DNA of 64,000 nt from a virus. Lineage: Duplodnaviria > Heunggongvirae > Uroviricota > Caudoviricetes. Position 1 is the first letter of the stretch; the number at the start of each line of letters is the position of its first letter. Under the pieces are notes generated by a model, which saw only the letters and a list, made by a program, of their open reading frames with translations, did no database searches and was not told the DNA's origin. Where the stretch lies: the IMG/VR virus record IMGVR_UViG_3300010396_000041. One strand, given 5' to 3'. Positions 42,073 through 51,821 of the stretch are shown here, piece after piece. The position numbers were made by a program, and so were the translations under genes.

Positions 42073-42875
42073 CGGACCGGCTTCGTCGGGTGCGGCGGGT
42101 ACTCGATCTCAGCCCAGTGCGTCACCTCGTCATCCAGGTGCGTGCCATTGCACTCGATGAAGCTGTCGCCGTCGAAGTAGCCGATCTCAACCGGGTAGTA
42201 GTCACCGTCCATCTTCTGCCGAGGCTTGAGCGCCAGCCACAGCGGCTCATCCCAGATGATCGCCGCCCGGTCCGTCACCGACCGCCAGGTCACCGTATGC
42301 GGGTGCGCCACCCGGATCGGGCCGAGCCAGCCAGGCGGAGGCGCCGTCACCACCACCTGCGGGCCGCGTGCGTCGATGTCGTCCAACGCTTCGTTGAACT
42401 TCTTACGCAGCTCGACGGTATGCGGGTGATCGTCTGGAAGGAACCGCCACGGGCCAGCCAGCAGCTCCTCCAGGTCCTTGTCGCCGTCAGCGTCGTACGG
42501 CTGGGATTCGACGAACTTCTTCAGCGCCTCGGTCTCCTCCGCCGTGATCGGCTTCTTCGGGTCGCGGCAGCAGCCGTCGCAGCCATGGACCGATTCGGTG
42601 CTGGCGAACTCCTCACCGCCGTTACGACGGGCGAAAGCAAGCGAGTCCGGGTCCGGATGCCCGCAGCCGTGCGGGCAGGTGCGCTCCGCCAGAACGAACA
42701 CCGGGCCGCGTACCACCGCCGTCGCGGTAGAGCCTTCGATGGTGATGGCAGGCATCTCCACCGCGCGGTCGATGCGGTAGACGATCGGCCATTCGTTCAT
42801 GTGGTGATCACTTGGGTTGTGCACCACGCAGGGATGCCCGTCACACTGCATCGGGCTGTGCGTCCTTACCGTCAT
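42069..42875 (-). CDS. hypothetical protein with Cys/His clusters (268 aa)
   Basis: ORF 42069..42920 from M16. Confidence 0.55.
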   Translation of the reverse strand: MTVRTHSPMQCDGHPCVVHNPSDHHMNEWPIVYRIDRAVEMPAITIEGSTATAVVRGPVFVLAERTCPHGCGHPDPDSLAFARRNGGEEFASTESVHGCDGCCRDPKKPITAEETEALKKFVESQPYDADGDKDLEELLAGPWRFLPDDHPHTVELRKKFNEALDDIDARGPQVVVTAPPPGWLGPIRVAHPHTVTWRSVTDRAAIIWDEPLWLALKPRQKMDGDYYPVEIGYFDGDSFIECNGTHLDDEVTHWAEIEYPPHPTKPVR

Positions 42876-43326
42876 CGGCGTGTTCCTCTCTGTTGATCTG
42901 CCGCTGCCGCCATGCCTCATATGCGTTCAACACCTCAGCAAACCCGTGCATGATCGAGCCGTTGCGGCGGTGATCTTTACCGGCGACCCGATCGAACACC
43001 GTCTTCACCTCATCGGGCACCGTCTGCGCGGTGAACGTCATCTGCTGCATCGCCGCCAGCCGTGCCGCTTTCGCTTTCGCTCGGCGGGCACGGTCGTACT
43101 CCCGTGCGTAGGCCTTGCATTCCTCACACCGGCACCGCCACATCGCGTACGCGGTAAGCGTGCCGTGCTCAGGTACCTGATTCGGGTCTACTGCCGCCAG
43201 CGCCTGGCATACCTTCCGCTGCTTCGCCGAGACCTCGGCGTTCGCGGTCTTGCACGGTTGGCAGCGGCACCCCTGGGCGTAGCGCTCAGGAGTACCGCAC
43301 TGCCGCTCGATCTTGCGAGCTACCAC
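42841..43326 (-). CDS. tandem CRC-motif zinc-ribbon protein (161 aa)
   Basis: CGTPERYAQGCRCQPC, HGTLTAYAMWRCRCEEC. Confidence 0.55.
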   Translation of the reverse strand: MVARKIERQCGTPERYAQGCRCQPCKTANAEVSAKQRKVCQALAAVDPNQVPEHGTLTAYAMWRCRCEECKAYAREYDRARRAKAKAARLAAMQQMTFTAQTVPDEVKTVFDRVAGKDHRRNGSIMHGFAEVLNAYEAWRQRQINREEHADDGKDAQPDAV

Positions 43327-43327
43327 A

Positions 43328-43501
43328 TCACTCCTTGCTCTCCTCGTAGTTGAACGAGGACCAACCGCCGAGCACAGCGGCGAACCCGGTCACGGCCGAG
43401 TACTGCCACGTGTGCAGATGCAGCACGAACCTACCGATCACGAAGGCGACCACGCCCCACACGATCAAGCCGATGAGTCCGTAGGTGAGTTTCTGCCTCA
43501 C
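43328..43501 (-). CDS. small membrane protein (57 aa)
   Basis: GTG start in a GTGA overlap. Real part of ORF 43328..43669. Confidence 0.4.
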   Translation of the reverse strand: MRQKLTYGLIGLIVWGVVAFVIGRFVLHLHTWQYSAVTGFAAVLGGWSSFNYEESKE

Positions 43502-43689
43502 TGATGCGCACCCTTCGTCAGCTTGCGGCGCAGCATGAACGCCGCGAAGATCGCCAGCACCGCGTCGGCGGCAGCCACGTACCACGAGCCGCCGGTCCCG
43601 GCCTCGATGACCGCCGAGAGCACCATGGCGCCGAGGAAGAACCCCCACACCCCGGCACGGACCTGCCACACGAACCTAACCTTCGGCAT
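43498..43689 (-). CDS. small membrane protein (63 aa)
   Basis: ORF track. Confidence 0.45.
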   Translation of the reverse strand: MPKVRFVWQVRAGVWGFFLGAMVLSAVIEAGTGGSWYVAAADAVLAIFAAFMLRRKLTKGAHQ

Positions 43690-43846
43690 GCTTGACCTCC
43701 ACGATGTGGTAGTAGCCGCACTGACAGACCTTGACCTCGTGGTCCTTGCCCGTCAGCGCCGAGCGCTTCTCGCAGGGACCGCCCGGTCCTTCAGCGTCCT
43801 CACGGCGCGAGAACTTGAACGCGCCGGGGTGCTCACACTCGCCCAT
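43676..43846 (-). CDS. Cys-containing mini-protein (56 aa)
   Basis: Manual: MGECEHPGAFKFSRREDAEGPGGPCEKRSALTGKDHEVKVCQCGYYHIVEVKHAEG. Confidence 0.4.
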   Translation of the reverse strand: MGECEHPGAFKFSRREDAEGPGGPCEKRSALTGKDHEVKVCQCGYYHIVEVKHAEG

Positions 43847-44133
43847 CACTTACCTACCAAGACCTGGTGGATACCGGGGGCCAGCTTCTGCTCGAAGAAC
43901 ACGACGATCTCGTCGTCGCCGACCTTCACCCTGATCTCGTTGTCGGGCACCGAGATGCACCGGTCGTCCTGGGCATTGATCCGCGCGGTCTCCTGGTTCA
44001 GCTCCAGCCACTTCGTCTTGGCCTGGTTGATGGCCCGCTGAACCTCGTTCCAGCAGGCGCCGAAGCCGGGGTCGACCGGCACCACCCACTCATGCCGCAG
44101 CGTGACGGCGCTGCGGTGGTACACATCAGTCAT
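43846..44133 (-). CDS. hypothetical protein (95 aa)
   Basis: ORF 43846..44169 from M13. AGGAGGAAC RBS. Confidence 0.5.
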   Translation of the reverse strand: MTDVYHRSAVTLRHEWVVPVDPGFGACWNEVQRAINQAKTKWLELNQETARINAQDDRCISVPDNEIRVKVGDDEIVVFFEQKLAPGIHQVLVGK

Positions 44134-44441
44134 TCGGTTCCTCCTGTTCCGGGGTGGGGGGGTTCCCACCTGCTAAGGATCGGTGCGGGCTTCGGTACCC
44201 GCGCCGGTGTCGAGTGCACCACGCGGTCAAAGAACCGGCACAGGCACAGATCGCAGATGTTGATCACCAGACGGGAGCCGTCCATCTCGTCGAAGACAGC
44301 CGATCCGAAGTTGCCGGGAGAGGAGAACATCACCGCGCCCCATGCCTGGGTCGAGGGGAAGTCGCCGTCAGGTACGTCGAACGCGGCAGGCAGCTCCTTG
44401 CCGCAGGTGAAGCACGGCGGGGGCAGCGTCAGGTCAGTCAT
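44130..44441 (-). CDS. hypothetical protein (103 aa)
   Basis: ORF track. Confidence 0.5.
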   Translation of the reverse strand: MTDLTLPPPCFTCGKELPAAFDVPDGDFPSTQAWGAVMFSSPGNFGSAVFDEMDGSRLVINICDLCLCRFFDRVVHSTPARVPKPAPILSRWEPPHPGTGGTE

Positions 44442-44766
44442 CGATCCCTTCCGTCCAGTACTCGTTGAGGATGTAGCCGGTGGCGAACATGTCGCCGGTG
44501 AAGCCCAGGCGCTTGGCTCCGGGGCGTCGCTCGGCGAACAGAGACCAGAACCGGTTGGCGAACCCGAAGCCTCTCGGAGAGGTCTGCTCGCGCCATTCCA
44601 GGCGCTGCGGGGTCGAGTTGGGGTTGCGTTCGCGGTCGCGTCGGACGTAATGCTCTTCTGCGTCGCGCTGTGCCTGTTCGAGGGTGCCGCGCAGACGCGG
44701 GCAGATCACCACTCCCGATTTGCCGTAGGACCAGCCGTAGGCGACCTTGTGGGCTACTTCACCCAT
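44434..44766 (-). CDS. hypothetical protein (110 aa)
   Basis: ORF 44434..44817 from M18. Confidence 0.5.
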   Translation of the reverse strand: MGEVAHKVAYGWSYGKSGVVICPRLRGTLEQAQRDAEEHYVRRDRERNPNSTPQRLEWREQTSPRGFGFANRFWSLFAERRPGAKRLGFTGDMFATGYILNEYWTEGIDD

Positions 44767-44939
44767 GGGCCGGTCACCCCCATATGCCGGTGCTGGGTGC
44801 GCAGGCAGCGCGAGCACAGGCGCGCCTCGGTCTCCGGGTCGCCGGTGGGGTACCAGGGCTCGGGCGTGTGGGCGCGGTGCTTACAGATGAGGTAGTAAGC
44901 CAGCCACTCGATCACGTCCAAGATCCATTCAGGCACCAT
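44754..44939 (-). CDS. hypothetical protein (61 aa)
   Basis: ORF 44754..45044 from M36. GAGGAGACC RBS. Confidence 0.45.
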   Translation of the reverse strand: MVPEWILDVIEWLAYYLICKHRAHTPEPWYPTGDPETEARLCSRCLRTQHRHMGVTGPWVK

Positions 44940-45075
44940 CGTCGGTCTCCTCGTCCTCGCGCGGCAGGCAGGCTGCATCGAGCCGGTTGCAGATCCAGTA
45001 GCGGATCGGCTTGGGCAGGTGAAGCCGGTGGCTGGTCTGGTCAATGAAGATCCAGGCCCGCAGGGGCAGCCGCAT
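44929..45075 (-). CDS. hypothetical protein (48 aa)
   Basis: ORF 44929..45282 from M70. GAGAGGAGAG RBS. Confidence 0.4.
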   Translation of the reverse strand: MRLPLRAWIFIDQTSHRLHLPKPIRYWICNRLDAACLPREDEETDDGA

Positions 45076-45090
45076 GATCTCTCCTCTCTC

Positions 45091-45105
45091 GGAGTAGCGT
45101 AGCAT
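45091..45105 (-). promoter_or_regulatory. conserved motif variant GGAGTAGCGTAGCAT
   Basis: Only 16 nt upstream of ATG 45075, the shortest spacer of the family. Confidence 0.5.
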
Positions 45106-45259
45106 TGCCCAGCCTGAGTACGCGAGGACCGCTACTAGGAGCCCTTCTCCCGCGCTCTCCCCCCGCCCGTGGGGCATGAGCCCAGAGAGCTCGGGAAAGC
45201 GCGGGAGAAGCCCGGAGAACGCCGCAGGGCCCCCGTAGGGGCCCTGGGCTTCGAGCGGG

Positions 45260-46078
45260 TCAGCTGCCGAGCGCGTGGTCAAGCTCCTTCAGCGCGGTCT
45301 CGTACTGCCCCGCCTCGATGTACTCGACCGCCTTGTCCATCGACGCGCACTGCTCTGGGAAGGCTGAACGCCACTCGTTCGCCAGCTCCATCAGCTTCAT
45401 GGTGATGTCGTCCGCGTGCACACCCGCCGCCTGCCCCGGCCAGATCTTGGCGGCGATCTTGTCGAGCATGTCGCGGTCGGCCGAGCGCACGACCTCGACG
45501 TTGTCAGCCGAGGTGAACACCCGCTGCCCCTGGTAGTCGAAGCCGACCCGGTAGAAGCTCGCCCAGCGGCTGGAGCGGTACTTGTCCTCGCCGAACCAGG
45601 TGATCACCAGCTCGGTGCCTACCGGGATGTTCAGCCCGCCCTTGTTCTTCGGGGTCTTGATCACCTTGACCGTCTTGACGGTACGACCGGCACGGGGGGT
45701 GTTCGCCTCCTGCTCGAACGCCCGCTCACGCTGCGCCCTGCGCTGCTCGACCTGATAGGCCTTGTACGCGGCCTTGACCTCCTCGGTCGCGTCCACGCTG
45801 GCGCTGTTGGCATAGGTCCAGCCTCGGGTGGTCGCGTACTCGATCTCGCGCGGGCCGCCGAGCTCAGCGTCCCAGACGATCGCGTAGAAGTCGCTGTCGT
45901 CATGGTGGTTGTGCTCGCCGAGGGAGAGCACGCAGCCGACCCATGTGGTCTCGAAGTACTCGGGCTTGGAGTGCTTGACGCTGGTCAGGCGCTCCAGCTC
46001 GGCGGGGTTGACCAGCTCGTAGGTCGGGCTGCCGAGGCGGGTGGGGTCCTGCTGGCTGGTCAGCCGCTTGATCGCCAT
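45260..46078 (-). CDS. hypothetical protein (272 aa)
   Basis: ORF track. GGAAGGAG RBS. Confidence 0.6.
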   Translation of the reverse strand: MAIKRLTSQQDPTRLGSPTYELVNPAELERLTSVKHSKPEYFETTWVGCVLSLGEHNHHDDSDFYAIVWDAELGGPREIEYATTRGWTYANSASVDATEEVKAAYKAYQVEQRRAQRERAFEQEANTPRAGRTVKTVKVIKTPKNKGGLNIPVGTELVITWFGEDKYRSSRWASFYRVGFDYQGQRVFTSADNVEVVRSADRDMLDKIAAKIWPGQAAGVHADDITMKLMELANEWRSAFPEQCASMDKAVEYIEAGQYETALKELDHALGS

Positions 46079-46115
46079 GGTGTTCGTCTCCTTCCGGGCG
46101 CGTCTCTCGCGCTAT

Positions 46116-46130
46116 GGAGTAGCGTAGCAT
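46116..46130 (-). promoter_or_regulatory. conserved motif variant GGAGTAGCGTAGCAT
   Basis: 38 nt upstream of ATG 46078. Confidence 0.55.
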
Positions 46131-46193
46131 AGCCCGCCTGGTCTGGCACAACGCCCAAAGACCCCGCCGTAGCGGGGCCCCCGGGGTCCTAGC

Positions 46194-47108
46194 TCACGCC
46201 GAGGCGTGGGCCGCGTTGTACAGGTCGTACAGCTTGACCGGCACGTAGTTCGGGCCGAGCTCGTCCTTCTTCACGTGCCCCTGCTCGATCGCCCAGTTGC
46301 GCACCTGCGCCTTGGTCGGGGCCTTGCCCTCGGCCGCCGGGCGAGCCGAGCGCACCGCCGGAGCGGTCGGGTTCCAGCTGGCCGGGTCCTTGACGTAGTC
46401 GTTGAACAGGCGCACCGCCCGCTTGAACGCGTCCTTGTACGACCGGCGGGTCGACTCCAGCAGCTCCTGCTTGGCCGCGTCGAACTTCGTCAGCGTCGCC
46501 GCCACGTCGATCGTGGTCAGGTCGGTCTTCTCCAGGTCACCGCCAGTCGCCACCAGCACCGCCTTGACCTTGAGCCGGTAGGCGCTCAGGGCACCGTCCG
46601 GCAGCTTGCCGTCGGCGTCGGCCTTGGCGAAGACCTCGAACAGGCTGATCGCGTTCTTGCCGTTGCCCTTGCCCTCGACCTTGGCGGGCTTGGCGGGCTT
46701 CGCCTCAGCCGCCGGGGTCTCGGTCTTCGGCTCCGGCTTGGCCGCCGCCGCCTTCTTGGCCGCCTTGGCGGGCTTGGCCTCGGGCTTCGCGCTCTCCAGC
46801 ACCGCGACGTCGCCGTTGGTCAGCTCCGGCAGGCCGGGGATGTTCGCCGACTCGGCCGCCTTCTTCTCGGCCTCCTGCTGCGCGATCTTCACGCACATCC
46901 CGCAGTGCTGCGCGCCCTTGGTGACCCGCTCGAACGCGTCGGTCAGGGAGATCTTCATGGCGCCGACCTTGGCCTGCTGCGCCGGGGTGACCGCCTTCTC
47001 GATCTGCTTGAAGTTCATGCAGAGCGGCTGCGTGTGGATCATGCCCGACTTGGCCAGGTAGGCGTAGGGCTCGGTCTCGACGACCTCGGTGTTCGGCTGC
47101 TCGGTCAT
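46194..47108 (-). CDS. Lsr2-like nucleoid-associated protein with K/A/P-rich linker (304 aa)
   Basis: ORF 46194..47183 from M26. Linker AKPAKAAKKAAAAKPEPKTE. C-terminus AQVRNWAIEQGHVKKDELGPNYVPVKLYDLYNAAH resembles the Lsr2 DNA-binding domain. Confidence 0.6.
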   Translation of the reverse strand: MTEQPNTEVVETEPYAYLAKSGMIHTQPLCMNFKQIEKAVTPAQQAKVGAMKISLTDAFERVTKGAQHCGMCVKIAQQEAEKKAAESANIPGLPELTNGDVAVLESAKPEAKPAKAAKKAAAAKPEPKTETPAAEAKPAKPAKVEGKGNGKNAISLFEVFAKADADGKLPDGALSAYRLKVKAVLVATGGDLEKTDLTTIDVAATLTKFDAAKQELLESTRRSYKDAFKRAVRLFNDYVKDPASWNPTAPAVRSARPAAEGKAPTKAQVRNWAIEQGHVKKDELGPNYVPVKLYDLYNAAHASA

Positions 47109-47147
47109 GGTCTCTAGCTCCTCTCGTTCGCCCCCCTGTGGGGCGAT

Positions 47148-47162
47148 GTGAGTACAGTAGCA
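47148..47162 (-). promoter_or_regulatory. conserved motif variant TGAGTACAGTAGCAT
   Basis: 40 nt upstream of ATG 47108. Confidence 0.5.
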
Positions 47163-47210
47163 TGACCGACAGGCAGGCCACACCCCCTGCCTGAACAGGG
47201 GGAATGGGGA

Positions 47211-47792
47211 CTAGCAGCAGCGAGTATGAGCCAAGAACTCGGCTCGCGTGGGGTCCTGCTCGCGGAAAACCCCCGTCAGCGACGTGGTCCGCATGATCGA
47301 CCCAGGCTTACGCGCGCCGCGCGTGACCATACAGCTATGGGTCGCGTGAATCGCGCAGGCAGCGCCGAGCACATCCAGATGCTTCTCTATAGCGCCCGTC
47401 ACCTGAGCCGTCAGCCGCTCCTGGATCTGGAGCGACCGCGCATACCAGTCGACCAGCCGAGCCAGCTTAGACAGACCAACCACCGCGCCGGTCGGGCCAG
47501 GGATGTACGCGACGAAGGCGTGACCCCAGAACGGCAGCAGGTGATGCTCACAGGTGCTGGAGAACTCGATCGGGCCGAGCGTGATCATCTGATCCGGCGC
47601 AGGTGAAGCGTCCGAGAACGTCACCGCCAACAGCTCCTCAGGAGCTGGCCCCGTGGGGGTCGTCGCCTCGATCAGAGCCTTCAGTACCCGACGCGGGGTA
47701 TCGAAAAGGCCCGGGCGGTCCGGGTCCTGGCCCGCCGCGATCAGAAGATCGCGCACCCCGTCGAGCGCGAACCCCTCGGTCACATGATCCAT
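47211..47792 (-). CDS. folE: GTP cyclohydrolase I (193 aa)
   Basis: ORF 47211..48026 from M79. [33 protein letters not shown]. Confidence 0.8.
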   Translation of the reverse strand: MDHVTEGFALDGVRDLLIAAGQDPDRPGLFDTPRRVLKALIEATTPTGPAPEELLAVTFSDASPAPDQMITLGPIEFSSTCEHHLLPFWGHAFVAYIPGPTGAVVGLSKLARLVDWYARSLQIQERLTAQVTGAIEKHLDVLGAACAIHATHSCMVTRGARKPGSIMRTTSLTGVFREQDPTRAEFLAHTRCC

Positions 47793-48205
47793 GCTGCCTC
47801 GTTCACATGAGTCTCCCGAACCACGCACCGAGAGATCACCGCATAGGGGGCACGCACCAAATCGCGCAGCACCTTCTGCCCCTCCTCGGCGATCATCGCG
47901 GCAACGTTCTCCACCGTCGGCCAGCCGTGCACCACGTAGACCTTGCAGCCCTCGGCGCGCAACAGCGGCACCAGCGGGTCGTCCGGGCCGAGCATCGACC
48001 CGTGATCCAGATTGTGGTCGATCCACTGGCGAAGCCCAGCCTTGAACGGCCCGAACTCAACCAGCACCCCGCCCGAAGCCAGCTGCGGCGCCTGCGCGGT
48101 CACCTCAACCCACCATGAATGACCGTGCAGAGACTTGCACTTTCCCTCAAGGTGCGGCAGCCGATGCGCGGTCTCGAAGTTATGACGCACCGTCACCTCA
48201 TGCAT
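47780..48205 (-). CDS. queD: 6-carboxy-5,6,7,8-tetrahydropterin synthase (141 aa)
   Basis: ORF 47780..48256 from M18. [12 protein letters not shown]...[13 protein letters not shown]. Confidence 0.8.
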   Translation of the reverse strand: MHEVTVRHNFETAHRLPHLEGKCKSLHGHSWWVEVTAQAPQLASGGVLVEFGPFKAGLRQWIDHNLDHGSMLGPDDPLVPLLRAEGCKVYVVHGWPTVENVAAMIAEEGQKVLRDLVRAPYAVISRCVVRETHVNEAAWIM

Positions 48206-48944
48206 CTGCCAGCACCCCCTCGGCGAAGTCGCGGTCCTCGTACTCGGTCGGGTCAATCAGTCCAGCGTCGCGGAACGCTTCGATCCGCTCGACGCAGGTG
48301 CCACACCGGCCGCAGTGCTTCGCTGGCGCTCCGTCAGTCAGGTAGGCATCGCCGTGCTTCGGAACCTGCCCGCCCTTGTAGCACGACCAGGTCAATCCGA
48401 GGGGCACCCCGAGCCGAGCCCCCTCACGGGCGATATCAGCCTTCGACCAAGTCACGAACGGCGTCACGATCCGGGGAACGTGGAACCCGTCGAGTCCCTG
48501 CGCTGCCAACTCCCGAAGCGCACCAACCCACTGCGGGCGGCAGTCGGGGTACACGGCGTGATCTCCCGCGTGGATGCCGAGCGCAACCAGCTCAGCACCG
48601 CGCGCCGAAGCAATCCCGATAGCGATATTCGCCATGATCGAGTTGCGGTTCGGCACGACCGTGGCACGCATGTTCTCTTCGGCATAGTGCCCTTCCGGGA
48701 CCTCGATCGACTTGTCGGTCAAAGCCGAGCCAGTCAGCTGCTTCCCAACCGACCGCAGATCGATCTCGTGCCACTCGGCGTCGTAATGATCGGCGATCTG
48801 AACCGCTGCCGTGAGCTCACGCTCGTGCCGCTGCCCATAGTTGAACGACAGCGCCAAGACGTCATACGTCTGATGGATGTGCGCCAAGAGCGTCGAGGAG
48901 TCCATACCCCCCGACAGCGACACAACCGCGAGTGCCCTGCCCAT
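48198..48944 (-). CDS. queC: 7-cyano-7-deazaguanine (preQ0) synthase (248 aa)
   Basis: SLSGGMDSSTLLA PP-loop. C-terminal CGRCGTC zinc site. Confidence 0.85.
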   Translation of the reverse strand: MGRALAVVSLSGGMDSSTLLAHIHQTYDVLALSFNYGQRHERELTAAVQIADHYDAEWHEIDLRSVGKQLTGSALTDKSIEVPEGHYAEENMRATVVPNRNSIMANIAIGIASARGAELVALGIHAGDHAVYPDCRPQWVGALRELAAQGLDGFHVPRIVTPFVTWSKADIAREGARLGVPLGLTWSCYKGGQVPKHGDAYLTDGAPAKHCGRCGTCVERIEAFRDAGLIDPTEYEDRDFAEGVLADA

Positions 48945-48991
48945 CTAGTGCTCCTTAGTTCGTAGTACGACCACTGTATTCGCTACATGCC

Positions 48992-50116
48992 TCATGTGCC
49001 ATCGACGGCTTCGAGGTGACCGGCGACAGTCTTCAAGTTCACCGGGATCGTCTCGGCGAGGAACACCTGCGTGCCCTCCTGCTCGCTGGCGTACTGACCG
49101 GCGCCCTTCAAGTTGAATGACAGAGAGTTCGCCAGGTACACGTTCGTGCCCGCCTCAGCCTGGTTCGTGATCTCGATCGCGTCCTTCAGGCAGTTGCCTC
49201 CCTGATCGGCGGCGAGGAACACCCCGGTGCCGTTGACCACCGGCGCGGCGGTGATCAGGTGCTGTGAGGCATCGACCGCCAGGTAGACCGAGGTGCCGCG
49301 CTGCGTGAGCGACTTCGGGGCGGGTACCTTGTGTCGCTTGGCGAGGTAGTCGCCCATGCGCAGGTAGGCGATAGCGGGAGCGCCGCGCATCATCGCGACC
49401 TCCTTGCGGAACTGAGGTTCAGTACGCTGCGACTTCTGGGCGAACCCGGGACGTCCGACCAGAGCGGGGTCAGCGCCGTGAGCGCGCAGCAGACGGGCGT
49501 GCTTGCGGGCGGCGAGCCGGTCACCTCCCTGGAGCTGGATCAGCTTGTTGGCACGGTCATCCCACAGCGTGATGGTGCCGTAGCGCATCCCTGATGCCCA
49601 GGCGGAAGAGTCCACGCTGTAGAACGGCAGCTTGCGCAGCGTCTCCAGGCGGGTCTGGCCGAAGCCGTGGAACACCGTGCCGGTCTCCTGGGCGATCTTG
49701 AAGCATTGGATCAGCCAGCGCAGCACCGCAGGGGCGTCCTTCGCGTGCGGCACCATCCCGCCAAGCGCCATGTAGTCGTACTGCTTGACTAGCTTCTCCA
49801 GCTCCGCATAGGGGGTGCCGGTGTGGAACACTGGCAGCACCGGGAGACCCTGCCGTTCGAGGGCAGCCGTGTTACGCGCGGTAGCGGCAGGGTCCCCGAT
49901 CACATCCAAGGTCGCCCGCACCGTCAGCAGGTGGTCCCATTCCTTCAGCCACGCGGCGTAGTCCGCCAGCTTGATCGTCGCGCCCAGGGTTGCTGCCGAG
50001 AACGCCCCGGAGTCAGCGAACACCTCGCACGGCCCGTGGTAGGAGTCGACGATCTCTTGAAGGTTGGTCTTCTGGTGATAGTGGAACGAGACCAGGAACC
50101 GGAATACCCCGCTCAC
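48992..50116 (-). CDS. tRNA-guanine transglycosylase-like (DpdA-like) paralog 1 (374 aa) with C-terminal about 20-aa repeats
   Basis: TGT-like FADSGAFS and ALGGMVP. C-terminal repeats TSVYLAVDAS/TGVFLAADQG/TNVYLANSLS/TQVFLAETIP. Confidence 0.6.
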   Translation of the reverse strand: MSGVFRFLVSFHYHQKTNLQEIVDSYHGPCEVFADSGAFSAATLGATIKLADYAAWLKEWDHLLTVRATLDVIGDPAATARNTAALERQGLPVLPVFHTGTPYAELEKLVKQYDYMALGGMVPHAKDAPAVLRWLIQCFKIAQETGTVFHGFGQTRLETLRKLPFYSVDSSAWASGMRYGTITLWDDRANKLIQLQGGDRLAARKHARLLRAHGADPALVGRPGFAQKSQRTEPQFRKEVAMMRGAPAIAYLRMGDYLAKRHKVPAPKSLTQRGTSVYLAVDASQHLITAAPVVNGTGVFLAADQGGNCLKDAIEITNQAEAGTNVYLANSLSFNLKGAGQYASEQEGTQVFLAETIPVNLKTVAGHLEAVDGT

Positions 50117-50994
50117 AGCTCACCCGCCGAGATCGCCGCTGGAACGTCGTCGGGGAACACCGCGAGATATAGCACGGTGCCTTTCGTCCGCCAGCCCTCC
50201 GGCGGCGTGACCTTGTGGCGAACGGCCATAGCCTCCCCCATTTTCATGTGCGCGACCATACCTGCTCGTTTCAGCATCGCACGTTCTAACTTGAATTGTT
50301 CAGGTGTGCGACGCTTCGCCTGGGCGAACCCGACCGCGCCGATCAGGTGAGTGGAGATCCCGTGCGCGGTCAGCAGCTGCCGGTCCGTTGGCGACCTGAC
50401 GGGCCGCCCACATAGCACCACCCTGAACCGGCGGGTCGAAGGGTTCCACAGCCGTGCCTCGCCGAAGCGCACCCCAGCCGACCAGGTACTGGAGTCGACG
50501 CTGTAGAACGGTAGGGCGCTAAGAAGCTGCGGGGAGGTCTGTCCGAAGCCGTGGAAGCGGGTGCCGTACTGCTCGCCGATCTTGAAGCAGCGGATCAGCC
50601 AGCGGCCCAGCGTCGAGACCTGGTTGCCGAACGGCACCATCCCGCCGAGCGCGATGTACGGGTACTCCTGACACAGCTTCTCCAGCCGGTCGAACCCGGA
50701 GCCGGTGTGGAACACCGGGATCACCTTCAGGCCGTCAGCGTTGAGTTTCACGGTGTTGCGTTGGGTGGCCTCGGGGTCGCCGATCACGTCCAAGGTGGCT
50801 GCGGTGGTGATGAACCGGCGGTGCTCGCCCAGCCAGGCCTTGTAGTCGGCGAGCTTCACCTGAGCGCCGATCGAGGCAGCCGAATACGCCCCCGAGTCGG
50901 CGAAGATCTCCGAACCCGGGGGCAGCTTGCGACTCAGCGCCGCGACGTCGGTATCACGGTGATAGTGAAAGGAGAGCAGGACCCGGACTCTCAC
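50113..50994 (-). CDS. tRNA-guanine transglycosylase-like (DpdA-like) paralog 2 (293 aa)
   Basis: Alignable with paralog 1 over about 270 aa (FADSGAYSAASIGAQVKLADYKAWL..., ALGGMVPFG...). Confidence 0.6.
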   Translation of the reverse strand: MRVRVLLSFHYHRDTDVAALSRKLPPGSEIFADSGAYSAASIGAQVKLADYKAWLGEHRRFITTAATLDVIGDPEATQRNTVKLNADGLKVIPVFHTGSGFDRLEKLCQEYPYIALGGMVPFGNQVSTLGRWLIRCFKIGEQYGTRFHGFGQTSPQLLSALPFYSVDSSTWSAGVRFGEARLWNPSTRRFRVVLCGRPVRSPTDRQLLTAHGISTHLIGAVGFAQAKRRTPEQFKLERAMLKRAGMVAHMKMGEAMAVRHKVTPPEGWRTKGTVLYLAVFPDDVPAAISAGEL

Positions 50995-51599
50995 GCATCG
51001 GCCCGCGCCTTCTGGATCAGATGCATAAACCGGTCATTGTCGTCGTTCGGGTTCATACAGCCGTTGGTCAGCTCATAGAAGTCATCGCGGACGTTCGGGG
51101 GGACCTTGAACCGCAGGGTGGGCCAGAGGTCTTCCTCGTCGTGCTCGCCGAACTCGGTCTCCAGGTCGTCGAGGGAAGGCGGCTCATCGCCTTCCTCACC
51201 GCCGAGGAGCGCTGCCAGCTCCTCGAAGTCCTCGGCGTGGTAGCCGGTGCCGGAGAAGTCGCCGTCCAGCCGCTCCAGGAGCACCAGGAGGGCGTCGTCG
51301 TCGTAGGTGGCGATGTCGCTGGTGCGGTTCGCCGAGAGCATGATCTTCAGGGCGCGGGCGTCGTCCACGTCGACCAGTACCACGTCGATGGTGTCCCAGC
51401 CGAGCTGGCGCGCGGCCAGCAGGGTGTGGTTACCCGACAGTACATATCGGGTGGATGCCTGGACGACCAGGGGGGAGTACTGGCCGTTCTCTTTCAGCGA
51501 CTCGGCGATGATGTTCGGGTCGCCCCGGCGTGCATTCTCGGGATGCGTGATGAGTGAGTCGGTTTCTACCGTCTCGATATTGTCAAGGAGGGAACCCAT
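50991..51599 (-). CDS. ParB-like nuclease-domain protein (202 aa)
   Basis: LITHPENARRGD...VLSGNHTLLAARQLG ParB N-terminal motifs. Acidic C-terminus. Confidence 0.7.
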   Translation of the reverse strand: MGSLLDNIETVETDSLITHPENARRGDPNIIAESLKENGQYSPLVVQASTRYVLSGNHTLLAARQLGWDTIDVVLVDVDDARALKIMLSANRTSDIATYDDDALLVLLERLDGDFSGTGYHAEDFEELAALLGGEEGDEPPSLDDLETEFGEHDEEDLWPTLRFKVPPNVRDDFYELTNGCMNPNDDNDRFMHLIQKARADA

Positions 51600-51656
51600 G
51601 GCGCCCAGGGTAGCGAACCCTGGGCGCCATGCTCCTGATCTGGCTCCGCTGAAGGT

Positions 51657-51821
51657 CTAGAAGGCGACCAGGCGCCGACGAGCGGCACGGCGGGCACGAA
51701 GATCGTGCATATAGTCGGTGTTGGCCTGGGTGCAGCGGGGGCAGCGGCACTTGTGGTTCACATAGCCGTTGCGCGTCCCGTGCTTGATGTCAGGAGCGAC
51801 GTACCGCTTGGTGGTGGTCAT
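51657..51821 (-). CDS. single CRC-motif zinc-ribbon protein (54 aa)
   Basis: ORF 51657..51992 from M58. HGTRNGYVNHKCRCPRC. GAGGAGAC RBS. Confidence 0.5.
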   Translation of the reverse strand: MTTTKRYVAPDIKHGTRNGYVNHKCRCPRCTQANTDYMHDLRARRAARRRLVAF

